Notes under the pieces: generated by a model
Told to the model about the DNA's origin: nothing
What the model saw: only the letters and a program-made list of their open reading frames with translations
Databases searched by the model: none
Assembly: GCA_963777945.1 (NCBI GenBank)
Contig: CAVZSN010000010.1
Location: 194,815 to 258,814, forward strand
DNA: 64,000 nt
Origin: an uncultured Actinomycetota bacterium
GTDB lineage: Bacteria; Actinomycetota; Thermoleophilia; RBG-16-64-13
Reading direction: 5' to 3'
Translations under genes and position numbers: made by a program
Part shown: piece by piece, positions 12,467 through 21,311 of the stretch
Numbering within the stretch: position 1 is the stretch's first letter
Layout of the letters: each line of letters begins with the position of its first letter

Positions 12467-13060
12467 ATGTCGGTCTTCCGCTGGACTGCTCCCCTCTTCA
12501 AGTGGAGCCGGCGTCGCTGGACCGGATCTGACTTCGAGAGGATAGCGGGGCACCTACGGCCCTACGTTCCTCCGGGAGGGACACTTCTCGACCTCGGGGG
12601 CGGAACGGGCGACCTCGGTCTTGGAGTTGCGCGCGCCCTGGCGGCCGAAGTCATAGTCGCGGATATAACCGCCGAGATGCTCTACCGAGTCTCGCCTCAC
12701 CCGTCGGTGTCGGTCCGACTGGCCGCAGCCGAGACCCTGCCCTTTCCTGCAGGCCACTTCGACGCGCTTCTCTGCTTCGATGCCTTTCATCACTTTCGCG
12801 ATCAGGACGCAGCTGTGCGAGAGATGGCGCGGGTTGTGCGTCCTGGCGGGGGGATCCTCATACTCGAGATCTCACCCACCGGCTGGGGTAGACTGGTGGC
12901 CGTCGGAGAGCGGATGATCGGAGAGCCTGCGGCGTTCCACGGACCTGAGGAGCTCCAGCGACTGCTACGCGTGCACGGAATCAGCGGGAAGACGGTCGAG
13001 CAGGGCCGTCTCGGCTATCTGCTCCTGGGATCGAACAAGAAGGGTGACGACAGTGAGTGA
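12467..13060 (+). CDS. class I SAM-dependent methyltransferase
   Basis: GGTLLDLGGGTGDLG motif I, FDALLCFDAFHHF, VVRPGGGILILE. Start at ATG 12467 inside the longer listed ORF. Confidence 0.7.
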   Translation: MSVFRWTAPLFKWSRRRWTGSDFERIAGHLRPYVPPGGTLLDLGGGTGDLGLGVARALAAEVIVADITAEMLYRVSPHPSVSVRLAAAETLPFPAGHFDALLCFDAFHHFRDQDAAVREMARVVRPGGGILILEISPTGWGRLVAVGERMIGEPAAFHGPEELQRLLRVHGISGKTVEQGRLGYLLLGSNKKGDDSE

Positions 13061-13862
13061 TCCACGAGGCCTCTTCGGCGACGGCGCGGCACTTCGCGGA
13101 CAGACCGCGCTGGTCACCGGGGCCGGAAGCGCCGACGGTATCGGGTTTGCCACCGCTCGACTTCTGGGTCGGGCAGGAGCCTCCGTGGCCATCACGTCCA
13201 CCACGGAGCGCATACACGACCGGTGCGCTGAACTGCGCGACGATGGCATAGACGCCCTTGCCGGCGTCGCCGACCTCACCGATCCGGCTCAGGTAGCGGC
13301 TCTGGCGGGTGAAGTCCGCGTTTGGCGCCCACATGTGGACATCCTCATCAACAACGCAGGCATGGTGTCGCTCGTCTCCGGCTGGGACGCCGAGAAACCC
13401 TTTGAAGAACTCACCTTCGCGGAGTGGCAGGCCGCCCTCGCTCGCAATCTGAACACGGCCTTCCTTGTGACCCGGGAGTTTCTGCCGGCGATGAAGGCCC
13501 GGCGATACGGCCGTATCATCATGGTAGCGTCCACCACGGGGCCCGTCGTAGCCATGCCTCTCCAGACCACCTATGCCACCCCCAAGGCAGCGATGGTGGG
13601 CCTGACGAGAAGCCTCGCCCTGGAGGTGGTGCGCTCGGGGATCACGGTGAACGCGGTCGCCCCGGGATGGGTCGCTACCGGTTCGTCGACCGCCGCCGAG
13701 ACCCAGGCGGCTCTCGGGTCGCCGGCCGGCCGCGCGGGCACCCCCGACGAGATCGCTGCTCTCATCGCCTTTCTCGCTTGCCCGGAGGCTTCTTTTGTGA
13801 CGGGCCAGCTGCTCGTCATCGACGGAGGGACGTCGATCCTTGAAGACAAGTCCGGCGCCTGA
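13044..13862 (+). CDS. SDR-family oxidoreductase (FabG-like)
   Basis: ALVTGAGSADGIGFATA (TGxxxGxG), NNAG, YATPKAAMVGLTRSLALEV (YxxxK), ITVNAVAPGWV. Intact. Confidence 0.85.
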   Translation: MTTVSDPRGLFGDGAALRGQTALVTGAGSADGIGFATARLLGRAGASVAITSTTERIHDRCAELRDDGIDALAGVADLTDPAQVAALAGEVRVWRPHVDILINNAGMVSLVSGWDAEKPFEELTFAEWQAALARNLNTAFLVTREFLPAMKARRYGRIIMVASTTGPVVAMPLQTTYATPKAAMVGLTRSLALEVVRSGITVNAVAPGWVATGSSTAAETQAALGSPAGRAGTPDEIAALIAFLACPEASFVTGQLLVIDGGTSILEDKSGA

Positions 13863-13879
13863 GACGGCGCCGGAGTGAC

Positions 13880-14770
13880 TCACACCTCGACCGTGAGGTT
13901 GTCGATCAGCCTCGTATCGCCGAACCACGCAGCGACCGCGATCAAGCACGCACCGTCGAGTACCTCCACGGGGGCCAGATTCGTAGCGTCGACGATCGCC
14001 ACGTAGTCGATGGTGGCCCGACTCGCGCCGGTCAGGACGGCACGTATCTCGCTCTCCAGCCGAGAGACGTCCCGCTCCCCGTTCTCCACCAGGGTGAGCG
14101 CGGCCGAGAGGGCGCGGAAGATCGCAGGAGCTTCCGCCCGCTCCTCCGTGGAAAGGCGGATGTTTCGCGAGCTCAGGGCCAGCCCGTCCGCTTCGCGGAC
14201 GGTGGGGCAGGACACCACTTCCACCGGGGTGTTCAGGTCGCGGACCATGTGCTTGATCACGGCGAGTTGCTGCGCGTCCTTCTCCCCAAAGTAGGCGCGA
14301 TCGGGCCCACAGATGGCGAGGAGCTTGGCGACCACGGTGCACACGCCCCGGAAATGACCCGGTCGTGAAGCCCCGCACAGACCTTCGGTGAGGCTCTCCA
14401 CGTCCACCCAGGTGGAATACCCGGGCGGATACATCTGCGCCACCGAGGGAGCGAACACGAGATCGGCACCCGCCCCTTCTGCGAGCCGCAGGTCGCGCTG
14501 CAAGTCACGGGGATATCTATCAAGATCCTCCCCCGCCCCAAACTGCGCGGGGTTGACGAAGATGGACACCACGATCAGGTCGTTGTCCGCGCGGGCCCGG
14601 CGGATGAGGGAGAGATGGCCCTCGTGCAGAGCTCCCATGGTGGGAACGAGGCCGATTGTGCGCCCTTCCCGTCGAGCCTCCTTCAGCACGGCCCTCACGC
14701 CCGCGACGCTGTCAAAGCAGGGAATGGCTTGGCTCAACGCTGATCCCGGACTACATCGCGTGAATGCCAT
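13880..14770 (-). CDS. panC: pantoate--beta-alanine ligase
   Basis: IGLVPTMGALHEGHLSLIRRAR ... VVSIFVNPAQFG ... RPGHFRGVCTVVAKLL ... YFGEKDAQQL ... GLALSSRN. Start chosen at the internal ATG 14770. Confidence 0.9.
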   Translation of the reverse strand: MAFTRCSPGSALSQAIPCFDSVAGVRAVLKEARREGRTIGLVPTMGALHEGHLSLIRRARADNDLIVVSIFVNPAQFGAGEDLDRYPRDLQRDLRLAEGAGADLVFAPSVAQMYPPGYSTWVDVESLTEGLCGASRPGHFRGVCTVVAKLLAICGPDRAYFGEKDAQQLAVIKHMVRDLNTPVEVVSCPTVREADGLALSSRNIRLSTEERAEAPAIFRALSAALTLVENGERDVSRLESEIRAVLTGASRATIDYVAIVDATNLAPVEVLDGACLIAVAAWFGDTRLIDNLTVEV

Positions 14771-15709
14771 TCGGCCATCGACGGAGCTCCTCCCAGACTC
14801 CGGGCAGCACGCACTCCCCTGCGGATGCTGGCTTCGACGGCCACGGCCGCTGCGACCCCCACCTGGAAGACGTTGCTCGACCGGAGGCCCGTCGCGAGCG
14901 CGAAGACGCAGTCCCCATCGCGCGGTGTGTGGACCGGGTCGACGGCCCGGGCCATGCCGTCGTGAGCCATCCGGGCCACCAGCGAACACTGCAGTTTGTC
15001 GAGCACGGCATCCGTCATCACTACCGAGAGCGTCGTGCTCTCGATGGCGCTGAAGACCGGCGCCGAGGTCATCGCGAGCAGCGAAGCCGTGCTGCCTGCG
15101 AACCCCTCACCGCTGCGGGCCCCGGCCATTATCTGCCCTCGTTCATCGAGGATGTCTCCCAGCGCGTTCACCACGCTGAGCGCAGAGACGGTCACCCCTC
15201 CACCGACTTCCACGGAAGCCAGACCCACCCCGCCCTTCATGAGCTCCCGAGAAGTTCAGCAGTTTGCCCACCGTCGCGCCGGTGCCGGCTCCCACGGAGC
15301 CCTCTTCCACGGAGACACCGGCCGTCGCGGCGGCACGAAGAGCATCCTCCGCCAGCGGACAGGCCTGAGCGCTACCCAATCCCAGGTCGTAGATCACCGC
15401 GGCTGCGACCAGGGGGATCCTGGCGTACGGGGTCTGATATCCCGCCCCACCCTCCTTGAGGAAGGTGGTCACCCCCGCGGCCGCCGTCAGGCCGGGCGCG
15501 CTGCCTCCGGTGAGCAGGACGGCGTGCAATTCGCTCACCGAGGCGTAGGGCGAAAGCAGAGCCGTCTCGAGTGTCCCCGGAGCTCCTCCGCGGATGTCGA
15601 CCGAAGCGACGACGCCTTGGGGCGCAAGGATCACGGTGCAGCCGGTGAGACCCTCGTAGTCGGAGTAGTGCCCGACGGAGATGCCTTCAAGCGGAAGCTC
15701 GGCCGTCAT
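14734..15709 (-). pseudogene. P1/S58 family peptidase (DmpA / L-aminopeptidase-D-esterase-like), one frameshift near 15240
   Basis: ISVGHYSDYEGLTGCTVILAP ... VDIRGGAPGT ... LLTGGSAPGL ... GSVGAGTGATVGK, then MKGGVGLAS ... NALGDI ... TTLSVVMTDA ... MAHDGMARAV. Confidence 0.75.
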
Positions 15710-15774
15710 TCGCCTTTCCTGCTCCCCATCGCCCCTCGCTGCGTCCCGCCAGCCCAGGTCGTTCCGGGAGGCTA

Positions 15775-17071
15775 CTAGCGGGAGTTCTTCCTCATCTGGT
15801 CGAGGAACTCCGTGTTGGACTTGGTCTCCTTGAGCTTCTGGATGAGCAACTCTATGGCGGCGTTGGGGTCGAGCGCATGCAGCACCGAGCGCAGCTTCCA
15901 GACCATCTTGGCCTCGGCGCCGTCCATGAGTAGTTCTTCCTTACGCGTCCCGGAGTTCTCGATGTCGATGGCCGGGAAGATGCGCTTGTTGGCCAGCTGC
16001 CGGGTGAGCCGCACCTCCCAGTTGCCGGTGCCCTTGAATTCCTCGAAGATGACCTCGTCCATGCGCGACCCCGTCTCGACGAGGGCCGTGGCCAGTATCG
16101 TCAGCGACCCGCCCTCCTCGATGTTCCGGGCAGCGCCGAAAAACTTCTTCGGCGGGTACAACGCGGTCGAATCGACCCCGCCGGAGAGGATGCGGCCGCT
16201 TGCCGGAGCCTGCAGGTTGTAAGCCCGGGCCATGCGCGTGATGGAATCGAGCAGCACCACGACGTCCTTGCCTACTTCCACCAGCCGCTTCACCCGTTCG
16301 AGCACCAATTCGGTGACCTGCACGTGGTTCTCGCCCGGCTGGTCGAAGGTGGAACTCACCACCTCGCCTGTGACCGTGCGCTCCATGTCGGTGACCTCTT
16401 CCGGCCGCTCGTCCACGAGCAGCACCATCAGATGCACCTCAGGATTGTTGGTGGCGATGGCATGCGCGAGGTCCTTGAGGATGGTGGTCTTTCCCGCCTT
16501 GGGCGGCGATACGATCAGACCGCGCTGGCCTTTGCCGAGAGGGCTCATGATGTCCATGACCCGCGCCGAGAGCCGGTCGGGAGTGGTCTCCAGACCGTAG
16601 CCGCTCATCCGGGAATAGAGGGGTCAGCGAGTCGAAGGTGGGGCGATGCCGCGCCTGCTCTGGGTCCATGCCGTTGACCGTCTGGATCTTGAGCAGGGCG
16701 TGATACTTCTCGTTATCGCGCGGAGTCCTCACCTGACCGGTGATCTCGTCGCCACGACGCAGTTTGAACCGTCTGATCTGGGATAAAGACACATAAATGT
16801 CGGAATCGGACTGGGTATAGCCCTGCGTGCGCAGGAAGCCGTAGCCGTCGGGAAGGATATCCAGCAGGCCGGTACGGAAGTGCAGACCTCGGTCCTGAGA
16901 CTGTTCGTTGAGGATCTTCATGATGAGATCCTGCTTGGAATACTTGCGGAAGTTCTTGATACCGAGCTCCCCGGAGATCAAGTGCAGGTCGGAGAGGAGC
17001 TTCGGTTCGATCTCGGCGAGCGAGGTCGTCTTCGTCGTGGCTCGGACCGGCTGTTCGTCGTTCTCGTTCAT
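15775..17071 (-). pseudogene. rho: transcription termination factor Rho, one apparent 1-nt insertion near 16594
   Basis: LSDLHLISGELGIKNFRKYSKQDLI ... GYGFLR ... IYVSLSQIRRFKLRRGDEITG ... PLFPDERL / [39 protein letters not shown] ... [10 protein letters not shown] ... RIFPAIDI. Confidence 0.9.
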
Positions 17072-17141
17072 CAGTTGCGTTCTCTTCTTTCGTTCGTCTT
17101 GTCGTTCGCCATTGTGTTCGTTCTCCGGCTGCGCTCGAGCC

Positions 17142-18170
17142 TCATCTGATCCCGAGCGCTACTGATGGACCCCCGTTCTGGGTCCGGTGGATAGTCTTGA
17201 TGGTGCGGACGGCGTGGCAGCTGGAACACATAACCAGCGTCTCGGTCTGCACTCCGTAGGGACGCGCGTCGACGCCCCTGAGGAACCGGCCCCCGGTCAC
17301 CGCCGTGGCCGAGAAGAGCACGCCGTCGCCCGCCATGTCCGCCGTCGAGAGCACGGCTTCCACATCGTCCAGACCGGCGGCCCTCACCTGCTCCACCTGA
17401 TGCCGCGACACGGGCCAGAAACGCGCCCGCAACTCTCCCCCCAGACAGCGCAGCGCCGCTGCCGCAAGCACCCCCTCGATAGAACCCCCTATCCCTATGG
17501 TCATCTCCACGCCGCTTTCGCGCGAAGCGGCCGCGATGCCGGCGGATATGTCGCCGTCGTCGATGAGCTTGAGACGCGCGCCGGCGGCCCTCACCTGAGC
17601 AGCCAACTCGTCGTGTCGCGGCCTGTCAAGGATCACCACGCTGAGATCGCCGGGCCTTCGTCCGAGCGCAGACGCGACGTTTCGGATGTTGTCACCCACC
17701 GGCGCGTCGATGTCGATGGCCGCGGCCGCCTGCTCGCCCACGATGATCTTCTGCATGTACATCTCGGGGACGGCCATGAGGCTGCCCTCGGGTCCGGCGG
17801 CTATCATCGCCAGCGCCCCTTCGGCGCCGCGGGCCAGAGCGTTGCGGGCTTCGAGCGGCTGGACCACGATATCCCACACCCGGTCTGGTCCTGGCCCTTC
17901 GCCCGAGGCCGCGACGCCACCCAGCCACTCCGCCGGGGCTCCTCCCAGCTCCTCGCCTACCTGCAACGCCGCGGTCCCGGAGCCGCCCCTGCGGCTCGCC
18001 ACCACCCTTACCTTGAGCTGCAGTTCGGCCAAAGCCTCGGCCATCGCGGCGCGGGCGGCCGCTTCACCGGCCATGCCGTCATCCCGCCCGATCCACTCAG
18101 CAGCCCCCAGCGCTGCCGCCTCAGTGACGATCGCGAAGCGGCCGCATATGCACCTACCCTCTGCGTTCAC
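17142..18170 (-). CDS. GlpX-like (class II fructose-1,6-bisphosphatase fold) protein with non-canonical metal-ligand positions
   Basis: Collinear with GlpX over its full length (MYMQKIIVG, VILDRPRHDEL, LIDDGDISAGI, IGIGGSIEGVLAAAALRCLGG, VLFSATAVTGG). However GEGExDxAPML reads ASRRGGSGTAAL and DPI(D/E)GT reads QPLEAR. Intact frame. Confidence 0.8.
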   Translation of the reverse strand: MNAEGRCICGRFAIVTEAAALGAAEWIGRDDGMAGEAAARAAMAEALAELQLKVRVVASRRGGSGTAALQVGEELGGAPAEWLGGVAASGEGPGPDRVWDIVVQPLEARNALARGAEGALAMIAAGPEGSLMAVPEMYMQKIIVGEQAAAAIDIDAPVGDNIRNVASALGRRPGDLSVVILDRPRHDELAAQVRAAGARLKLIDDGDISAGIAAASRESGVEMTIGIGGSIEGVLAAAALRCLGGELRARFWPVSRHQVEQVRAAGLDDVEAVLSTADMAGDGVLFSATAVTGGRFLRGVDARPYGVQTETLVMCSSCHAVRTIKTIHRTQNGGPSVALGIR

Positions 18171-19132
18171 GACCGAACCTCTGCCTCTTCGATGACTCCG
18201 TAGAGCGCGTCAACCACCATGCCAACCGTGTCGTCGATGCTCACGTTGTCGACGACGAGAGTGCCCTCCGATACTGCGCGTCCCAGGATGAAGTCCTGGA
18301 TCTTCCTGATGTCCGCGAAACTATGCAAGTACCGCTCCAGCGCTCTCTTGCCTGAGGTCTGCTGCTCGCGCACCAGAAAGTGGCTTCGATGCAACTCGGC
18401 ATCTTGGACCGATACGATCAGCGGCAAGAGCAACACCCGCGCGTCCAGTAAGCCCGCCGTCCCGAGGGCCAACATCCCGGGGACTATATGCACTCCTTCG
18501 ACCACCAGGCTCGTATGCTCCTTGATAGCCCGATCGATTATGGCCAATATGCCCACATTGACCATCTCCACCTGCTCCATGAACCCCAACACCCCGGCAT
18601 CGAGACCCGGCCCCACCGGCATGCGGACCGCTCCTGCTGCCTCGTACGACGAGTAGTGGATGGACGGCATGAGCGTCGGGGAGAAAAACGCCCGCATCGC
18701 CTCCCGGACGGAGTCCGTGGAGATGATCCTGACGATACCCAGACGGTCCGCCACCTGAGCCGCGATGGTGCTCTTCCCCACTCCGGTCGCGCCCCCGATA
18801 AGGACGATCACCGCCCTATCCTCGGCCGCCAGCCGGTTCCAGATGCGATAGCGCTGCAGATACCGCTGCTCGCCGCTCTCGGCCAGGACCGCTTCCACCA
18901 GGCGCCGCAGGTCGTCGACACCGACCTCGCGCTCCGTCCCCTGCAGCAGTCTCCATTCCACGTCCAGCGCCACCGCGTACGCCCGCTGGGGGGGAAGACC
19001 GGTGGAGGTGAGCGCCGTCGCGAGCAGGCCTTTGGAGAACGGCACTTTGTGCCCTTCGTTGACCAGCTGGATCGGCGGGCCCTCAGGCTTGCTCGCGCCC
19101 TCGCGCGCCCAATTCTCAGCAGCGCTGCTCAC
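18167..19132 (-). CDS. 2-phosphoglycerate kinase-like P-loop kinase (COG2074 type)
   Basis: VPFSKGLLATALTSTGLPPQRAYAVALDVEWRL (ATP-cone-like N-terminus), VIVLIGGATGVGKSTIAAQVADRLGIVRIISTDSVREAMR ... PSIHYSSYEA ... SLVVEGVHIVPG. 4-nt overlap with the next gene. Confidence 0.7.
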   Translation of the reverse strand: MSSAAENWAREGASKPEGPPIQLVNEGHKVPFSKGLLATALTSTGLPPQRAYAVALDVEWRLLQGTEREVGVDDLRRLVEAVLAESGEQRYLQRYRIWNRLAAEDRAVIVLIGGATGVGKSTIAAQVADRLGIVRIISTDSVREAMRAFFSPTLMPSIHYSSYEAAGAVRMPVGPGLDAGVLGFMEQVEMVNVGILAIIDRAIKEHTSLVVEGVHIVPGMLALGTAGLLDARVLLLPLIVSVQDAELHRSHFLVREQQTSGKRALERYLHSFADIRKIQDFILGRAVSEGTLVVDNVSIDDTVGMVVDALYGVIEEAEVRS

Positions 19133-19133
19133 G

Positions 19134-20534
19134 TCATCCCGTCCGCTGTCCGAACCTCTCTGCCGCCTTGGCGGCCAGTGTATGTGCCAATCCTTCCAGA
19201 GCGCCCCCGGTCTCCCCTTGGGCCCCGCCGGCGACTTCCATCGGTATGTTGTCCACGAACACCACCGGCAGTCCCCTTGCGTCCGCCTCCTCGACCACTA
19301 CATCGATGGCGGCCGCCTTGATCTCGGTGAGAACGGTATCGACACCGCTCATCTGTCGGCTCCTGAGATCCTTCCTAAGCGCCTCGCGATCGGCGAGGTG
19401 GCTGGAAAAGAGCTCGACGCGACACCCCCACCGCTCCTCCAGGTATCCGAGAAGCACACCTTGCTGCTCCGCCGGAGCGGTGGTGAAGAACGCCACCCTC
19501 CTACCCTCCACATCCTCCGCTGGGCGCGGGCGGAAGACCACCGGAACCACCGGGATGCCCGGGTGCAGCCTCTCGATCGCCTCCCTGACGGCGAACACCT
19601 TGCCCAATGACGCCAGCGGCTCCTCAGCCATCGTCAGCACCACAGCGTCGCTGATGAGCACCCGATAAGCGCCCAGGTATCCGACGATGTCGTCCACGGG
19701 CTGCTGCGCCCCCGCCACGAGCAGCCTGGCATCGGCAGCCACCGGGGGCTGAGCGGCACCACTGCCCTCCAGGATGATCAGCTCCGGCCCCAGGCCGTTC
19801 GCCAACCCGACCCCCTGGGCGACATTGGCGACGAACGGACTCCCCGCCATGCCTCCCCCGCAGCGCCGACATCCAACGGTCACGACCCCGCTGAGGGCCG
19901 CATCCTCGAAGTAGTCCGACGCCGCGTGACGCCCCTGCCTGCTCCACGCCACCAGGTCCGCGGCCCCCAAGGGCCGCCGGCTCCCATCCACGACTTCGGG
20001 CTCGGCCGGCCCGCCTCGCCCCATGGCCACCACGACGATCCCCGGGCGTCCCTCCCGTCCTGGGATAGCCGTACGGAGGATCCGGGCAACGTACCCGCTG
20101 ATCGCGGTCTTGCCCACCCGTTTGCCCGTACCGATGATGGCGAGAGAAGGGGCAGTGCAAAGACGTTCGGAGACCGCGGGGCTGAAGTGGAAATCGGGAC
20201 CGACGTAGCCCGCCCCGCGAGCCAGAACCCTGCTCGCCAGGTGGAAACGTTCTACGTATCCTAGCACCGGTTCGTCGCTCAGGTCAACGACCACCTGCGG
20301 CCGATACCGCTCGATCGCGGTGTCCAGGGCCCTTGACCAGTCTTCGTCGAAAATCACCGGGAGCCCGTAGATACCATCCGCCTCCCGCTGCAGTCGGCCG
20401 CGATCTATCTTTTCCGATCCTCCCAAGAACACGGCGGCCCGGAAGTCGAAGCGGTCCGCCACCCGCTGCAATGCCTCCGCGACCACCGGAGGATAGTGCT
20501 CGCCATCGATGAGGGCCACTGCGGTCGGCTTCAT
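19134..20534 (-). CDS. cpgS: cyclic 2,3-diphosphoglycerate synthetase-like protein
   Basis: MKPTAVALIDGEHYPPVV ... IIGTGKRVGKTAISGYVARIL ... VVAMGRGGPAEPEVV ... LIILEGSGAA. Resembles the methanogen cDPG synthetase as I remember it. Start at the internal ATG 20534. Confidence 0.65.
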   Translation of the reverse strand: MKPTAVALIDGEHYPPVVAEALQRVADRFDFRAAVFLGGSEKIDRGRLQREADGIYGLPVIFDEDWSRALDTAIERYRPQVVVDLSDEPVLGYVERFHLASRVLARGAGYVGPDFHFSPAVSERLCTAPSLAIIGTGKRVGKTAISGYVARILRTAIPGREGRPGIVVVAMGRGGPAEPEVVDGSRRPLGAADLVAWSRQGRHAASDYFEDAALSGVVTVGCRRCGGGMAGSPFVANVAQGVGLANGLGPELIILEGSGAAQPPVAADARLLVAGAQQPVDDIVGYLGAYRVLISDAVVLTMAEEPLASLGKVFAVREAIERLHPGIPVVPVVFRPRPAEDVEGRRVAFFTTAPAEQQGVLLGYLEERWGCRVELFSSHLADREALRKDLRSRQMSGVDTVLTEIKAAAIDVVVEEADARGLPVVFVDNIPMEVAGGAQGETGGALEGLAHTLAAKAAERFGQRTG

Positions 20535-20550
20535 CGGGCGCGGGCGTTCA

Positions 20551-21306
20551 TCAGAGGTGGACCCGGTCGAACTCCACGATGGTCTCGCCACCGTGAAACG
20601 GGTAGCGGCGGGATACGGTCACGTGATCGCCTCTGATCTCCACGACGTTGTAGCAGGGCTTGGTGTCTCCGCGCAGACGCAACGTGGCGACCGTGCCGGC
20701 GTTGACCACGTACATGTTCTCCAAACGCCACGCGTACGGCACGTGCTTGTGTCCCGAAAGGACCAGGTCCACCCCGCACTCCACGAGTACCTCGAGCACA
20801 TCGCCGGCATCGTTGACGATGTTGCGCTCCCGCCCGGTGCCAGGGATCGGCAGGAGATGATGGTGCAGCATGAAGATCTTGACGTCGTCCGGTCTCTCCA
20901 TGAACGCTTCGCGGATCCACTGGTACCGGTGCCTGCCGATACGCCCGTAGTCGAGGTCGGGCTCGGTCGAGTCGACACCCAGGAGAGTGACCCCCGGTTT
21001 ACGCACCATCGCCTGCCTGGCGGCGAAGAGCCGCTCGAAGTGGGCGTATCCCACGTTCCGGCTGTCGTGGTTGCCGGGCACCACGAGCACATCCGGACAG
21101 GCGAGACGGTCCAGGTATTCGCGCGCCTCCCTGAATTCCTGGCGATATCCCATATTGGTGAGGTCTCCGGTCACCACGACGACGTCCGGAGCCAGATCGT
21201 TGACTTCTACCAGGGTCCGGTCGAGCAGGTTCGGCACGAAGTACTGGGAGCCCAGATGCAGGTCGGACAAGTGAGCGATGACGCAAGAGCGGGTGGGCTC
21301 TCCCAT
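20551..21306 (-). CDS. metallophosphoesterase (calcineurin-like)
   Basis: IAHLSDLHLG, VVVTGDLTN, VVPGNHD, MLHHHLLP, LVLSGHKH: the full set of phosphoesterase motifs. Intact. Confidence 0.85.
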   Translation of the reverse strand: MGEPTRSCVIAHLSDLHLGSQYFVPNLLDRTLVEVNDLAPDVVVVTGDLTNMGYRQEFREAREYLDRLACPDVLVVPGNHDSRNVGYAHFERLFAARQAMVRKPGVTLLGVDSTEPDLDYGRIGRHRYQWIREAFMERPDDVKIFMLHHHLLPIPGTGRERNIVNDAGDVLEVLVECGVDLVLSGHKHVPYAWRLENMYVVNAGTVATLRLRGDTKPCYNVVEIRGDHVTVSRRYPFHGGETIVEFDRVHL

Positions 21307-21311
21307 GGTGG

